This document shows positions 8,785-18,025 of a stretch of 64,000 nt of DNA, one piece after another. Origin of the DNA: a virus. Each line of letters opens with the position of its first letter. Positions within the stretch are counted from its first letter, which is position 1. The position numbers and the translations under genes are program-made. The stretch lies in UHGV virus genome UHGV-0375936; one strand, given 5' to 3'. A model generated the notes under the pieces. It was not told the origin of the DNA and did not search any database. It saw only the letters and a list, made by a program, of their open reading frames with translations.

Positions 8785-9528
8785 ACGCATCAGAAAGAAA
8801 CAAGAAAGCTTACGGCGTGGAATGCCCTCACGATCTAAAGTTTCATGAAGTCGTTCTTCATCATCAATATCTTCGTGATTAATAAGTGGCGCGTTCGCAA
8901 ATTTTTCCGGTTCATTTGCTTCGTACCAATCCAGTCGCTCAAGCAGTGTCATTTCTGTAGTGTAGAACTGGAAGTAGTTGTGACACGGATTAAGTGCCAT
9001 GTCGTCCAGGTCACTTACGTTCCAGGCACTAACAATAATGCGACGAGAATCAGGGTCTTCGCGAAGTTGCTGGATGACCTTACTGATCTGGTCGTGAGAT
9101 TTGCGATAAATAACGATACTTTCTTCAGGATTGTCTCTTGCAATAGTCCCAACGTAGTGATAGCCCCGTTTTCTCAACACGTCTTTACTACGCTCGTCCC
9201 AAAGATAAACCATTTTGGTATCCATCCAATCCCGCCACTGGTGTCCGTAGACAGGACCTAAATCCCCTTCTTCATTCGCCCACTCGTTCCAGATTTTTAC
9301 CCCATTCTCTTGCAGGTACTTCACGTTAGTGTCACCATTTAAGAACCACAGCAGTTCGTGAATGATACTTTTCAGGTGAACCTTCTTCGTAGTAACTAAT
9401 GGGAAACCTTCTTTCAGGTCAAAACGTAGTTGACGACCAAATACAGATAGTGTCCCTACACCTGTGCGGTCTTTCTTGACAACACCGTTATCCAGAATGT
9501 CTTTCATTAACGCTAAATACTGTTTCAT
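8785..9528 (-). CDS. thyA: Thymidylate synthase, exon 1
   Basis: [15 protein letters not shown]...DRTGVGT...HELLWFL...[10 protein letters not shown]...PCHNYFQFY catalytic Cys motif; ends KLSCFFLMR then runs into intron stop. Confidence 0.85.
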
Positions 9529-9845
9529 TTGTTATTATTCCCCATTCGTTTCGTTAAAATATCTAAATTACGTTGCGCTTGTTCAGGACTAAATATAATG
9601 TTTTCCTGGCTATACGTTACATGGAAATGTTTTTTGTTAACAATGTCAACCTTAAGGCCACGAACTTCGAATTGCCGTTTAGCCTCTTCAACCTTTTTTG
9701 GTGAGATTCTAAGAAGACCTGGAAATAGTTCGTCCGCAGGAACGTAATATTTGATCTCCTTAGTTTCGGGAATTAATTCGATTCTATCTAAACTGACGCT
9801 TATAATTTCGTCAATCTTTTTCTTGATATTGTCGTTCGTAACCAT
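9525..9845 (-). CDS. Hypothetical protein (106 aa)
   Basis: ORF, minus strand, abutting neighbours with 4-nt overlap. Confidence 0.55.
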   Translation of the reverse strand: MVTNDNIKKKIDEIISVSLDRIELIPETKEIKYYVPADELFPGLLRISPKKVEEAKRQFEVRGLKVDIVNKKHFHVTYSQENIIFSPEQAQRNLDILTKRMGNNNK

Positions 9846-10153
9846 CAGATTTTGTCCCTTTCGAGTTCAGTTAAAATTTCAAATAGGTCTGCGTTGGACT
9901 GCAGTACGATTTCACTGCCTTCTGCTACAACGGTAATTGTTGGCTTCTTACCACGTAGCAAGAACTCCCATCGCATTGTTCTTACGTGGTTGTCGAGTAA
10001 CTGCTTTAATTTGTGGTTAACTTCGACTTCCAATTTGCCCAGTAACTGCGGTGTAATAGCTTCGCCTGAATTTTTGTTATAAAGTGTACGCACTAAAGAA
10101 CGTAAAGAATAGCCAATGCACTGCGAAATTGCCCAACCCGAATAGTTTTCCAT
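9845..10153 (-). CDS. Hypothetical protein (102 aa)
   Basis: ORF, minus strand, 1-nt overlap with downstream gene. Confidence 0.55.
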   Translation of the reverse strand: MENYSGWAISQCIGYSLRSLVRTLYNKNSGEAITPQLLGKLEVEVNHKLKQLLDNHVRTMRWEFLLRGKKPTITVVAEGSEIVLQSNADLFEILTELERDKI

Positions 10154-10154
10154 G

Positions 10155-10700
10155 TTAATCCTTCAAAATGTCTTTAAGTTTTAGTTTTGTATAGAACGGA
10201 GAACTACTTAGTTCTTCTGTCCAACTTATACGTCCGTTCTGTAGAACCCGGTCGAAGATTAGGCCGTTCATCTTTACAATTCTAGCCAACTGATAAAAGA
10301 GCGTCGTGAGGTGTAGTCGACGCTCCATTTGTGCGCGTGCGGTACAACTGCGTACCGCTTTGATAGCAAGTACCGCTTCTGGCATCAACGTCACCGCGAT
10401 TGTCTCAGGATGTTCGTTTTTCCATTTCTTAATGGCCAGTAGTCTGTGTAACGATTTTTCAAGGGGGCGTAAATCCCCGTTATTCATCACGTAAACCAAG
10501 GCAGCAAGATCCCACAAGGCAATACCTACTGCTTTAGCAACAAACAACCCATCGTGTGTTGTTGTGGATTCACAGACTTTGCCAATACTTCCGTAAATAC
10601 GTGCAGTCCATGCGTCTGTCTGTTCGCCAGGTTTTATACCCGCGTTATCCAGAAAGTGTTTAAACGCATTAACGTGATCAGTTAACTGTATTTGTTTCAT
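10155..10700 (-). CDS. Hypothetical protein (181 aa)
   Basis: ORF, minus strand, compact spacing. Confidence 0.55.
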   Translation of the reverse strand: MKQIQLTDHVNAFKHFLDNAGIKPGEQTDAWTARIYGSIGKVCESTTTHDGLFVAKAVGIALWDLAALVYVMNNGDLRPLEKSLHRLLAIKKWKNEHPETIAVTLMPEAVLAIKAVRSCTARAQMERRLHLTTLFYQLARIVKMNGLIFDRVLQNGRISWTEELSSSPFYTKLKLKDILKD

Positions 10701-10714
10701 TTCCGATACCCGAT

Positions 10715-11179
10715 TTAGTCACGAGACTTTATTTTAAGGTACGCAACCGCAGCTCCCATGATTGCAATACCGGCACCCCAACCTATCTTTTCTATTACAC
10801 TCATATCGTCCCATCTTTTCTCTTCGTTACGTCGTTTGGCCTCTTCTGCCCGTTCTCTCCACATCGCTTCGCGTTCCAGACAGCTGGGATTTATTTCCTT
10901 TTCACAACGACGTTTCCGTTCTTCTTCCCCAATCAGTTCTTCTAAATAGAGCCTCGTTTCTTCCACAGCTTGTTCATAGACGTCTATGCGATCGGGAAGA
11001 ATTCTCCTGTGGTTGGATTTGTTGCGGACGGTGGCAATCATGTGGAGTTTCCGTTCGTATTTTGGTTCGAGAAGATAGGCTATGCTTTTGGTCTTCTCAT
11101 GAAGTCCACGACCAGTACCGCCGAGTTTTTCCACAAGTTCCTCTACGGAAATTGCAAGTTCGAGAATATATGTACGCAT
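10715..11179 (-). CDS. Hypothetical Glu/Arg-rich protein with C-terminal membrane anchor (154 aa)
   Basis: Charged coiled-coil-like middle (EERKRRCEKE..AEEAKRRNEEKR) and C-terminal hydrophobic IGWGAGIAIMGAAVAYL. Confidence 0.5.
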   Translation of the reverse strand: MRTYILELAISVEELVEKLGGTGRGLHEKTKSIAYLLEPKYERKLHMIATVRNKSNHRRILPDRIDVYEQAVEETRLYLEELIGEEERKRRCEKEINPSCLEREAMWRERAEEAKRRNEEKRWDDMSVIEKIGWGAGIAIMGAAVAYLKIKSRD

Positions 11180-11240
11180 AATCGTTTTCTCCGCTTGAAT
11201 GTAGTTCGGGGAGACATAAGTCTGTTCCCAACTGTAAAAA

Positions 11241-11609
11241 TCATTTCAACAAAACAAGATGAATTTGGTATTCGTCATCAGCAGGAGAAGAATAATCGTC
11301 GGTTTCAGGAAACGATAAATCTCCTAGTAGAGTGTGGAAGGATAATCCGTGTACAGCCTCAACTTTTCGTACAAGCGGAAAACCCGTTCTTTTAATCCAA
11401 TTGTAATCAACAAACATAACACCACCAGGACTTCCCGAACCTGACCACACACGAATTTCCACAGTCTTTCCCGAAAAGTTGGCAAGTACGGTGCGTAGCT
11501 TTAATAGCACACCACGTGTGAGTGGTACTTCAATAACTTGTTTTGGTAAAACAAATTCAGGGAATCTAAAACCGAACCCATTGGGGGTATTAAAAAACTG
11601 AGCTTGCAT
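11241..11609 (-). CDS. Hypothetical protein (122 aa)
   Basis: ORF, minus strand, follows terminator. Confidence 0.5.
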   Translation of the reverse strand: MQAQFFNTPNGFGFRFPEFVLPKQVIEVPLTRGVLLKLRTVLANFSGKTVEIRVWSGSGSPGGVMFVDYNWIKRTGFPLVRKVEAVHGLSFHTLLGDLSFPETDDYSSPADDEYQIHLVLLK

Positions 11610-11624
11610 GGTAAATTCTCCTTT

Positions 11625-11667
11625 AGGGTAAAAAATGAAAATACCCTACTCCCAGACAGGAGTAGGG
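11625..11667 (-). terminator. Rho-independent terminator (minus strand)
   Basis: CCCTACTCC-cagaca-GGAGTAGGG hairpin followed on minus strand by TATTTTCATTTTTT. Confidence 0.6.
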
Positions 11668-11673
11668 TAGGTG

Positions 11674-12333
11674 TTACATACGGGTAACTGAATCCCAGTA
11701 ATCACGAAGATATTCTTGGTCTTCAGGATCTTTTGGCGTAGCCGGAATATGGCCGTCAAACTCAAACGGAATTACAGATAGCACATCCGCAATCTCGTAA
11801 CGTTCGACTTCCAGTTCAACTTTCACCCAGTCACCGACGCTGGTACTGCTACGCATTTCAGTGAGGAGATCGTTAAAGTCACTCGAAAGTTCAATTGCAG
11901 GGTGTCCGGTGGTGATCGTGAAAATATCAATATCCCAATGCTTAGCACCCTTATCGGCTAATTCACCCGGTTCTAAGTGAATACGTTTCACCAGGTGTGC
12001 CAAATAACCGTCCTTGTAAAAAGAGAGTGCAGAACTAATCCCGATATCCGAATTCTCTTCAACCTTTCCGTCCAGGAATTTACGCTTAAGCGTTAGCTGT
12101 GCTGTACCGTCTTCTTTAATACGGATACGGCGACGCCCACCTTCTATCGGCATGAGAATGTCCATGAACATCTTAGTGGACTGTGCGTGCAGCCAATCCC
12201 ATCCCGCTTGCGTAGGTTTAACCCAGACGCAATATTCCTTTTCCACTTCACGTTTAATGGATTCGCCTGCAACGCGAATAACCTCTTCTTCCTGCGCTTT
12301 TTCCAATTGCGCAAGGGTATCGAATAATCCCAT
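11674..12333 (-). CDS. Hypothetical protein (219 aa); possible CYTH/triphosphate-tunnel-like fold
   Basis: N-terminal REVEKEY (ExExK-like), RRRIRI...LTLK, later ELEVERYEI acidic motifs; weak motif-level resemblance only. Confidence 0.5.
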   Translation of the reverse strand: MGLFDTLAQLEKAQEEEVIRVAGESIKREVEKEYCVWVKPTQAGWDWLHAQSTKMFMDILMPIEGGRRRIRIKEDGTAQLTLKRKFLDGKVEENSDIGISSALSFYKDGYLAHLVKRIHLEPGELADKGAKHWDIDIFTITTGHPAIELSSDFNDLLTEMRSSTSVGDWVKVELEVERYEIADVLSVIPFEFDGHIPATPKDPEDQEYLRDYWDSVTRM

Positions 12334-13175
12334 TAGATTAATCCCATACTTTCACTGACGCTCGTAATGTCGAACGTTGTGTCGTTAAAGTCGATGTTTT
12401 CTACAATAGAAACCACCAGATTAGGAAGCCATTCCGAATGGGGTGGTGTAATAACCCGGCCGTTCATAACGTAGTAATGCAAGAACGGTAATCCCATCGA
12501 ATGGCAGTACGATAACACATTACCTAAGCAGCTTCCGTCAAACTTCAAGAGTCGGAGTTTACGCAGTAATGCGTTTTGAAATGCACCGTTCGCGTAATCG
12601 CTAAACTCGCCAGGCCGATAATCCGTGCCCCCGTAAATACTCGCCTTTAATCGCCGACCGCGTTGTATACATTCAGCCCCAGTCAGGGTGCGTAATAAAC
12701 GGATGTCAGGATATTCAGTTTCCAAACGACCCAAAGCGTTTATTCCGTAGCCTTTGTAGAACAGATAGTCTACGATCCTTAAATAATGATAGTAGCCTTC
12801 TAGCGTTAGAAACTGACCGTGAATTGTGTCGAATTTCGCACCGTTAGGTTGTGCGTAGAAGTTACTGATCATTTTCCCTACGGTAGTACGACCGTTAGAG
12901 TAAAAGTTAACATGGTTGATACCATCGGTAAAAGGGAGTTTTTCGGGTAACGCACAAACGTAGCCTAAACGACGAAGGTATAGGACATAAACAAAGCGCT
13001 CATCAGGAGTAAGCACGATGTTTGACGCGTTAACGTATGTATTAGGATTATTTTGGCCAGGTTGATAACCCAGCGTTAATGCCAAAGCGTGATTGTCTTC
13101 GCTCTGACTTTTGATCTTCTTTAATACGGAACGCAGTAATTGTGGTTCGGACATAACCGGCCTCTTAAATTGCAA
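12333..13175 (-). CDS. Hypothetical protein (280 aa)
   Basis: ORF, minus strand. Confidence 0.55.
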   Translation of the reverse strand: MQFKRPVMSEPQLLRSVLKKIKSQSEDNHALALTLGYQPGQNNPNTYVNASNIVLTPDERFVYVLYLRRLGYVCALPEKLPFTDGINHVNFYSNGRTTVGKMISNFYAQPNGAKFDTIHGQFLTLEGYYHYLRIVDYLFYKGYGINALGRLETEYPDIRLLRTLTGAECIQRGRRLKASIYGGTDYRPGEFSDYANGAFQNALLRKLRLLKFDGSCLGNVLSYCHSMGLPFLHYYVMNGRVITPPHSEWLPNLVVSIVENIDFNDTTFDITSVSESMGLI

Positions 13176-14466
13176 AATAGTCTTCCACGATTTTATCGGT
13201 AGACTGGTAACTTACACTGCCTGCAGCAATCACGTAATTACGTTTCTCAGTGGTCAGTAGCGCCTGAATCGCATTTACGCCTGCATAGGTGTAAAGTTTA
13301 AGTTCAGTCATTTCCGGCGTGATGTTTTTCGCTTTGTCCCATTTTGCATCTAATCCTTTAAATAACGTTAATAGACGAGTGCCATACGTTTTGAAACTGA
13401 CACCGGGCTCAACCCGAAGGTTAGCCATAAGGTTTTGGATAACGGTGGTTGCGATCTGAGTCCCTTGCCCCGGTTGGAGTTTATCCAGATAGTATTCCGT
13501 TGAATCCAGATTACCTGTCGCTGCTGCCTGAATCATCAGCTCGCCGTACAGTACCTCTTTCGCTTGCGCATCGGTAATCGCTTGAAGCATCGGTTCGATT
13601 TTAGCCGGTAAACCATAACTGTTCAGTTTGGTAGACAGGCCATAAATCAACGCCGAAGAGGTATTAATATCTAACGTGGAGAAACTGTTGCTGCCTTTAA
13701 AGCTGTTAATCAGGTTATCGATGGCTAAGAAGTCGTCTAAGTCTTTGTAGCTGTCAAAAGTATGCTGTACGTCATCAACGATCGAGGTGATTTGATAACG
13801 CATACTGTTGACTTCGGACATAAACCCGTTGACTTCTTGACTAACTTCCGAGGGGAGTTTAGCCAGTTGCCCAGCAATGTTCATCGTCCCTTCGAGACGT
13901 TTTTTCACCGAGTTAAAGTCAGTACCGATACCTGATAAAACAGAGTCGGTTAAGCTGCCGATACTATCCCACCCTTTACCTAACAGCTTCCCCATCCCAC
14001 CTGGACTTAGGTAGTCTAGCGCTTTTAGGCCATCTTCATCCTTTTTCTTAAAGGGTTCAGAAACGTCACGCTTTTGTGGGTCGAGGACAGGAAGCGTTTC
14101 TTTGGTATTAGATGCAAAACCGGGAACCTTTTGTCCTGGCGACACCCCGGAGGCTGAACTCCCCGCAGTCTTAGTTCCCCCAACACTGGCGGTATCGCTA
14201 CCGCCAAAAAGGTTACCAATTTTGCTGGTCAGCTCGTTGCCGCCGCTAATGAGTTTGTTGAAAGTTTCACCAGCGCGGTCTGATAGTCGGCTGACGCTAT
14301 CGACCGTGTTCTTAATACCACGCTCCGCATTTTCCACTGTTGTTTGTACGCGGTTTGTGGCGCTCTTTGCCGTATTAACGGAATTATCGATTGCCGACTG
14401 ACCTTTATTTATCTGACTGGTTATTTGGTCGATTTTCATTCTGGTCTCCAATTTGGTATTCGTCAA
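13165..14466 (-). CDS. Hypothetical protein (433 aa), Ser/Thr/Gly-rich N-terminal half
   Basis: Long ORF; start may be internal because annotated start overlaps upstream gene by 62 nt. Confidence 0.55.
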   Translation of the reverse strand: MTNTKLETRMKIDQITSQINKGQSAIDNSVNTAKSATNRVQTTVENAERGIKNTVDSVSRLSDRAGETFNKLISGGNELTSKIGNLFGGSDTASVGGTKTAGSSASGVSPGQKVPGFASNTKETLPVLDPQKRDVSEPFKKKDEDGLKALDYLSPGGMGKLLGKGWDSIGSLTDSVLSGIGTDFNSVKKRLEGTMNIAGQLAKLPSEVSQEVNGFMSEVNSMRYQITSIVDDVQHTFDSYKDLDDFLAIDNLINSFKGSNSFSTLDINTSSALIYGLSTKLNSYGLPAKIEPMLQAITDAQAKEVLYGELMIQAAATGNLDSTEYYLDKLQPGQGTQIATTVIQNLMANLRVEPGVSFKTYGTRLLTLFKGLDAKWDKAKNITPEMTELKLYTYAGVNAIQALLTTEKRNYVIAAGSVSYQSTDKIVEDYFAI

Positions 14467-15250
14467 GGTTTACCGTGACCTGAACTTCGTAGATTTTATT
14501 GTCTTTTTGACGCTTTAAAGTCAAAAGGATTTCGAAACTACGAACATCAATTGCCTTGAGTACCCTCATAAACCATTTCCAGGAAAACTTCTTTTTTAAC
14601 CTTAGATTGTGCTGCATGTTGTGCCGCAAATCATTTCGTTTCGACGGCGTCTGCTCACAGTTAGCAGGTTCGTTAACGAAGTTTGTGGAAAGACGATACC
14701 ACCAGTCCGCATTCATTTTCATGTTTGCGAAGATAGTCCAAGTTAGCCGAGATAACGGATGTACCATCATCTTTGCGGTCTCACCACAGTTCTGGAAATA
14801 ACGGTTCAATTGCGCAGTTGCAGACTCTTTAGGTCGTTCGTCGTTATCTTCGAACAAATCCCGAGCGAGATCTTCACGCACGCGTGTGGTAATTTCAGAT
14901 ACGGTTTTTGTTTTGAAGTGTCCTCGGTAAGTGGTTACACAAATCCGCAGTGTCTCCACTCCGGTAATCACCAACCCTTCTGTAAAACCTCGCCAGGTAA
15001 GATCGACAGGTAGTGCAGGGATGTTACCTGAACTCAGCTTCGTGGAGATACGTTGTATTCGATCGTCCATCGTTGCTTTTGAACGTGTTTTAAATTCTGG
15101 AGACAGAATATGTTTGGCGACGGCGAGTTTATAATCCGAAGGCTTCCATCCGATCAATTCTTTATAATTCCAATATAGTGTTTGAAGTGGTCCGCCTGCA
15201 CGTTCGTCTTCAGCGTCCACGACCACACTTACTTTTTTGCTATCCATCAC
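14405..15250 (-). CDS. Hypothetical protein (281 aa)
   Basis: ORF, minus strand. Confidence 0.55.
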   Translation of the reverse strand: MMDSKKVSVVVDAEDERAGGPLQTLYWNYKELIGWKPSDYKLAVAKHILSPEFKTRSKATMDDRIQRISTKLSSGNIPALPVDLTWRGFTEGLVITGVETLRICVTTYRGHFKTKTVSEITTRVREDLARDLFEDNDERPKESATAQLNRYFQNCGETAKMMVHPLSRLTWTIFANMKMNADWWYRLSTNFVNEPANCEQTPSKRNDLRHNMQHNLRLKKKFSWKWFMRVLKAIDVRSFEILLTLKRQKDNKIYEVQVTVNLDEYQIGDQNENRPNNQSDK

Positions 15251-15281
15251 ATCACCTTGTTACAAGGGGGTTACTGGTTTA

Positions 15282-15830
15282 TTAAATAGGACGTTCTAAA
15301 AGGTAGTGCTCAATCAACGTTTCCAGTTCCCGGAATAAATGCGCTGTTTGATTTACCAGCGCTTTGTCTTCGTCGGACTCCGGTTTAAGGAACGCTGATT
15401 CATAGGGTTGAATTAGCGCGAGTAATTTACCCAGCTTATAAGCGGCAACCTCAGGACTGGACGTCCCAAAATAAGTGTCTAGCCATCGGTATTCCGCCAA
15501 GTCGTTTCGTTTATTTAAAGCGTCAGGTAATGGTAGCCATTCGATTGAACTCCTGTTAATTGCTCGTTGGTATTCATTAATGAGGAATGCCAAACGTTGA
15601 TAAACGAGGTCAATGTTATTAATACGCAATTCGAGGAAACCGCGAAGGCTGGGACGAAAGGGTTCTTCGTTTATGTTTAAAGGCAACGTAAGCAATTGTA
15701 AGCCGGTAAAGACTCTGACATAGGGGTTGTGGGTGTTCTTATGGAACTCCTGCTTCAGAGACTCTCTGAGGGCTTTTAAACGATTATTCTCTAACCGTTG
15801 TTTAAAACGAGTTATTATTCCTGTTAACAT
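15282..15830 (-). CDS. Hypothetical protein (182 aa)
   Basis: ORF, minus strand. Confidence 0.55.
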   Translation of the reverse strand: MLTGIITRFKQRLENNRLKALRESLKQEFHKNTHNPYVRVFTGLQLLTLPLNINEEPFRPSLRGFLELRINNIDLVYQRLAFLINEYQRAINRSSIEWLPLPDALNKRNDLAEYRWLDTYFGTSSPEVAAYKLGKLLALIQPYESAFLKPESDEDKALVNQTAHLFRELETLIEHYLLERPI

Positions 15831-15901
15831 AATTCACTCCTAAAGAATGTCTCACGTAGATAATATCTGTCTGACTTCTTTTTGAAATTGAGGTAGTAAG
15901 A

Positions 15902-16366
15902 ATGGCTGACGAAGAAGTGAAATATCAGGCGTTTGATGGAGATGTGGACGACGAAGAATCGCTTCTCCGCCAAACGCAACAAGCCCGTGTACGGATTGTG
16001 AACCTCATCTTAGACGATCCACAAGCACACAAAGACTTGAAAACGGTAGACCGATTAGGGTCTTTGCTTAACGACGTTGACAAACAAATCATTTCCAAAC
16101 GTCGCGTCGCCGCTGCACAGAAAAACAGCGAAGCTAACCAAGATTTGGCGAATGCACTTAATAGCATCCTCATGCAACGCGGTAATATCAAAATACGTCG
16201 TCACGATGAGGAAATCGAAGAAACCCAGGGCTACCAGCCCCCCGTTCCTGTTATTCCTGATGTTGAAGTAACAGAAGGGGAGCTGGCACCAGTAGGCGAA
16301 CAAATCGATGTTAGGTCCATTATGACGGCGGCGTTTGCACGTCCTGAGCAGGGCGAGCAAGACTAA
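15902..16366 (+). CDS. Hypothetical acidic protein (154 aa)
   Basis: Plus-strand ORF with GAGGTAGTAAGA-ATG; 3' end overlaps convergent minus-strand gene by 47 nt. Confidence 0.5.
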   Translation: MADEEVKYQAFDGDVDDEESLLRQTQQARVRIVNLILDDPQAHKDLKTVDRLGSLLNDVDKQIISKRRVAAAQKNSEANQDLANALNSILMQRGNIKIRRHDEEIEETQGYQPPVPVIPDVEVTEGELAPVGEQIDVRSIMTAAFARPEQGEQD

Positions 16367-17042
16367 ATAAAGCGGCATCTCGTGGGTCGACACCGACCCA
16401 CTCTGCCATAAACCGGATATGTTCCTTAAACGGGTTAACGCCGTCTTGTTTGATTTGTTCAACCAATACTCCGGTCAGTTCTGGTGTGAGCATGGCAGGG
16501 TGTGTGATGGTAAAGCTCGGAATCGGTTTTTTCAAGTGTGTGGCGTTAAGCTTAATCCACTCGAACCAATCGTACATTATCCAGCAATCCCACGCCAATG
16601 ACAATCTCCCCGGTGTGAGATCTTCTAACGACCAAGACACCAATTCAACTTGTACGTTATTGTAGTACATCCGAAACAGATTCAAAAAGGCTTGAAGTTC
16701 TTCGCCCGTTAAATCCGTATAAGGCCACGTATTGATGGTCAGAGTGGGTTTTTCAATCGGCGAATGCATTTCGATTTCAAGCAACATACACTCGAATTCG
16801 TTTTTCATTGTTGCCAATAATTCAGTAGGCTGTGCATTAATCAACGCGCGCTTATCCCGCTTCCGCCACTCTTCATCCCATTTTTCAAATCCGAGTACGC
16901 CAGCCCAAGCTTCTGTATAGCGACGACGATAAACATCGTAGTCTAGCAATGCTAAGCTTTCAGGCTTAACGGCTTTTACCCAACCTAAACGCGTATCAAA
17001 TAACGTATCAATATCGATTAAGAAACGCCGAGATAATCTCAT
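16320..17042 (-). CDS. Hypothetical protein (240 aa)
   Basis: ORF, minus strand; 4-nt overlap with upstream gene. Confidence 0.55.
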   Translation of the reverse strand: MRLSRRFLIDIDTLFDTRLGWVKAVKPESLALLDYDVYRRRYTEAWAGVLGFEKWDEEWRKRDKRALINAQPTELLATMKNEFECMLLEIEMHSPIEKPTLTINTWPYTDLTGEELQAFLNLFRMYYNNVQVELVSWSLEDLTPGRLSLAWDCWIMYDWFEWIKLNATHLKKPIPSFTITHPAMLTPELTGVLVEQIKQDGVNPFKEHIRFMAEWVGVDPRDAALFSLARPAQDVQTPPS

Positions 17043-17707
17043 GACGGATGGCCTATGTTGTTACCGATATGCATCGCTTTTAGGTACGCCGACCACGTAC
17101 GCGTTGCTTTAGAACTCGTTCGCTCCGCTCCAGGCAAATCAATACGCCCTTTACCGGTTTGGCGCAGAGATTGATAGAAAGCACGTTGTAGTGCGTCGTT
17201 ACCACCACGCGCCCACAGGAACTCTTTCAGTGTCCAGTCGTGGCCATCGGAATACATGATGTATGCCTCTGGGAAGGACACCCCGGATGCTTTGGAAGGT
17301 CCGACGACTTGACCGGAGAGTTTATCGCGAACTTTGTCGTTTTTCGCAACCGCCATTTTCTTTTCTTGCATCTGTGTCTGACGACGGACAGGCAAGCGTA
17401 AGACTAAGTGAGGGTAACGAGTACGGTGATAGACACCCGTTTTTGGTTCTGTTAACCAGAGTCGTTGCTCCAGGTTTACCCCGAGAATTTTGCACACCTC
17501 GATATTGCGCAGGTGGTCAATTTCGACTTTACTTCCCACCGGGTTGTAAATAGGCAAACCGTTACGAAGTCGGTTAAACTGTTCGTCGGTCATTCGTGCG
17601 AAGGCTTTCTTCGCGGCTTCGGCATTAATGCCAGAAGGGTCTACCAACTTTAAGATTTGTAAGGCGTAGGCTTCCGCCTTTTTACGCCGCGCTGGTTCGA
17701 GTTTCAT
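17039..17707 (-). CDS. Hypothetical protein (222 aa)
   Basis: ORF, minus strand. Confidence 0.55.
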   Translation of the reverse strand: MKLEPARRKKAEAYALQILKLVDPSGINAEAAKKAFARMTDEQFNRLRNGLPIYNPVGSKVEIDHLRNIEVCKILGVNLEQRLWLTEPKTGVYHRTRYPHLVLRLPVRRQTQMQEKKMAVAKNDKVRDKLSGQVVGPSKASGVSFPEAYIMYSDGHDWTLKEFLWARGGNDALQRAFYQSLRQTGKGRIDLPGAERTSSKATRTWSAYLKAMHIGNNIGHPS

Positions 17708-17981
17708 TGTCTACCGCCTTACGTAAATTGGATAACGTTTCTGCTTCAAGCAGGTCAATCCAGTAGCTGATAGCTTCCGTGTTTTCAGGAAGTTCGGAAT
17801 GTACTGGCGCATACCCGTAACGTACTAATAGATTCGAGTAATACTCAGCGACCTTTAAACAAAAGGATTCCAGATCGGGAAACGGGTGAGTGAAGGCTTC
17901 ACGAAATTCGGCCGCTGTTTCTAAATTAACACTTGCCAATCCTTCACTTAAGCGTTCCACAATCTCCGTTTGATAACGCAT
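17682..17981 (-). CDS. Hypothetical protein (99 aa)
   Basis: ORF with AAGGAG before ATG at 17981. Confidence 0.5.
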   Translation of the reverse strand: MRYQTEIVERLSEGLASVNLETAAEFREAFTHPFPDLESFCLKVAEYYSNLLVRYGYAPVHSELPENTEAISYWIDLLEAETLSNLRKAVDNETRTSAA

Positions 17982-18025
17982 GATGACTCCTTAGGTCGGG
18001 TAGGGTTTACCCCACCCGAGCCTAT

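Noticed and set aside
17990-18025. Imperfect hairpin CGGGTAGGG...CCCCACCCG as a terminator
   Set aside because: One mismatch in the stem and no T-run on the minus strand; it abuts the RBS of the next gene and may instead be a leader structure.
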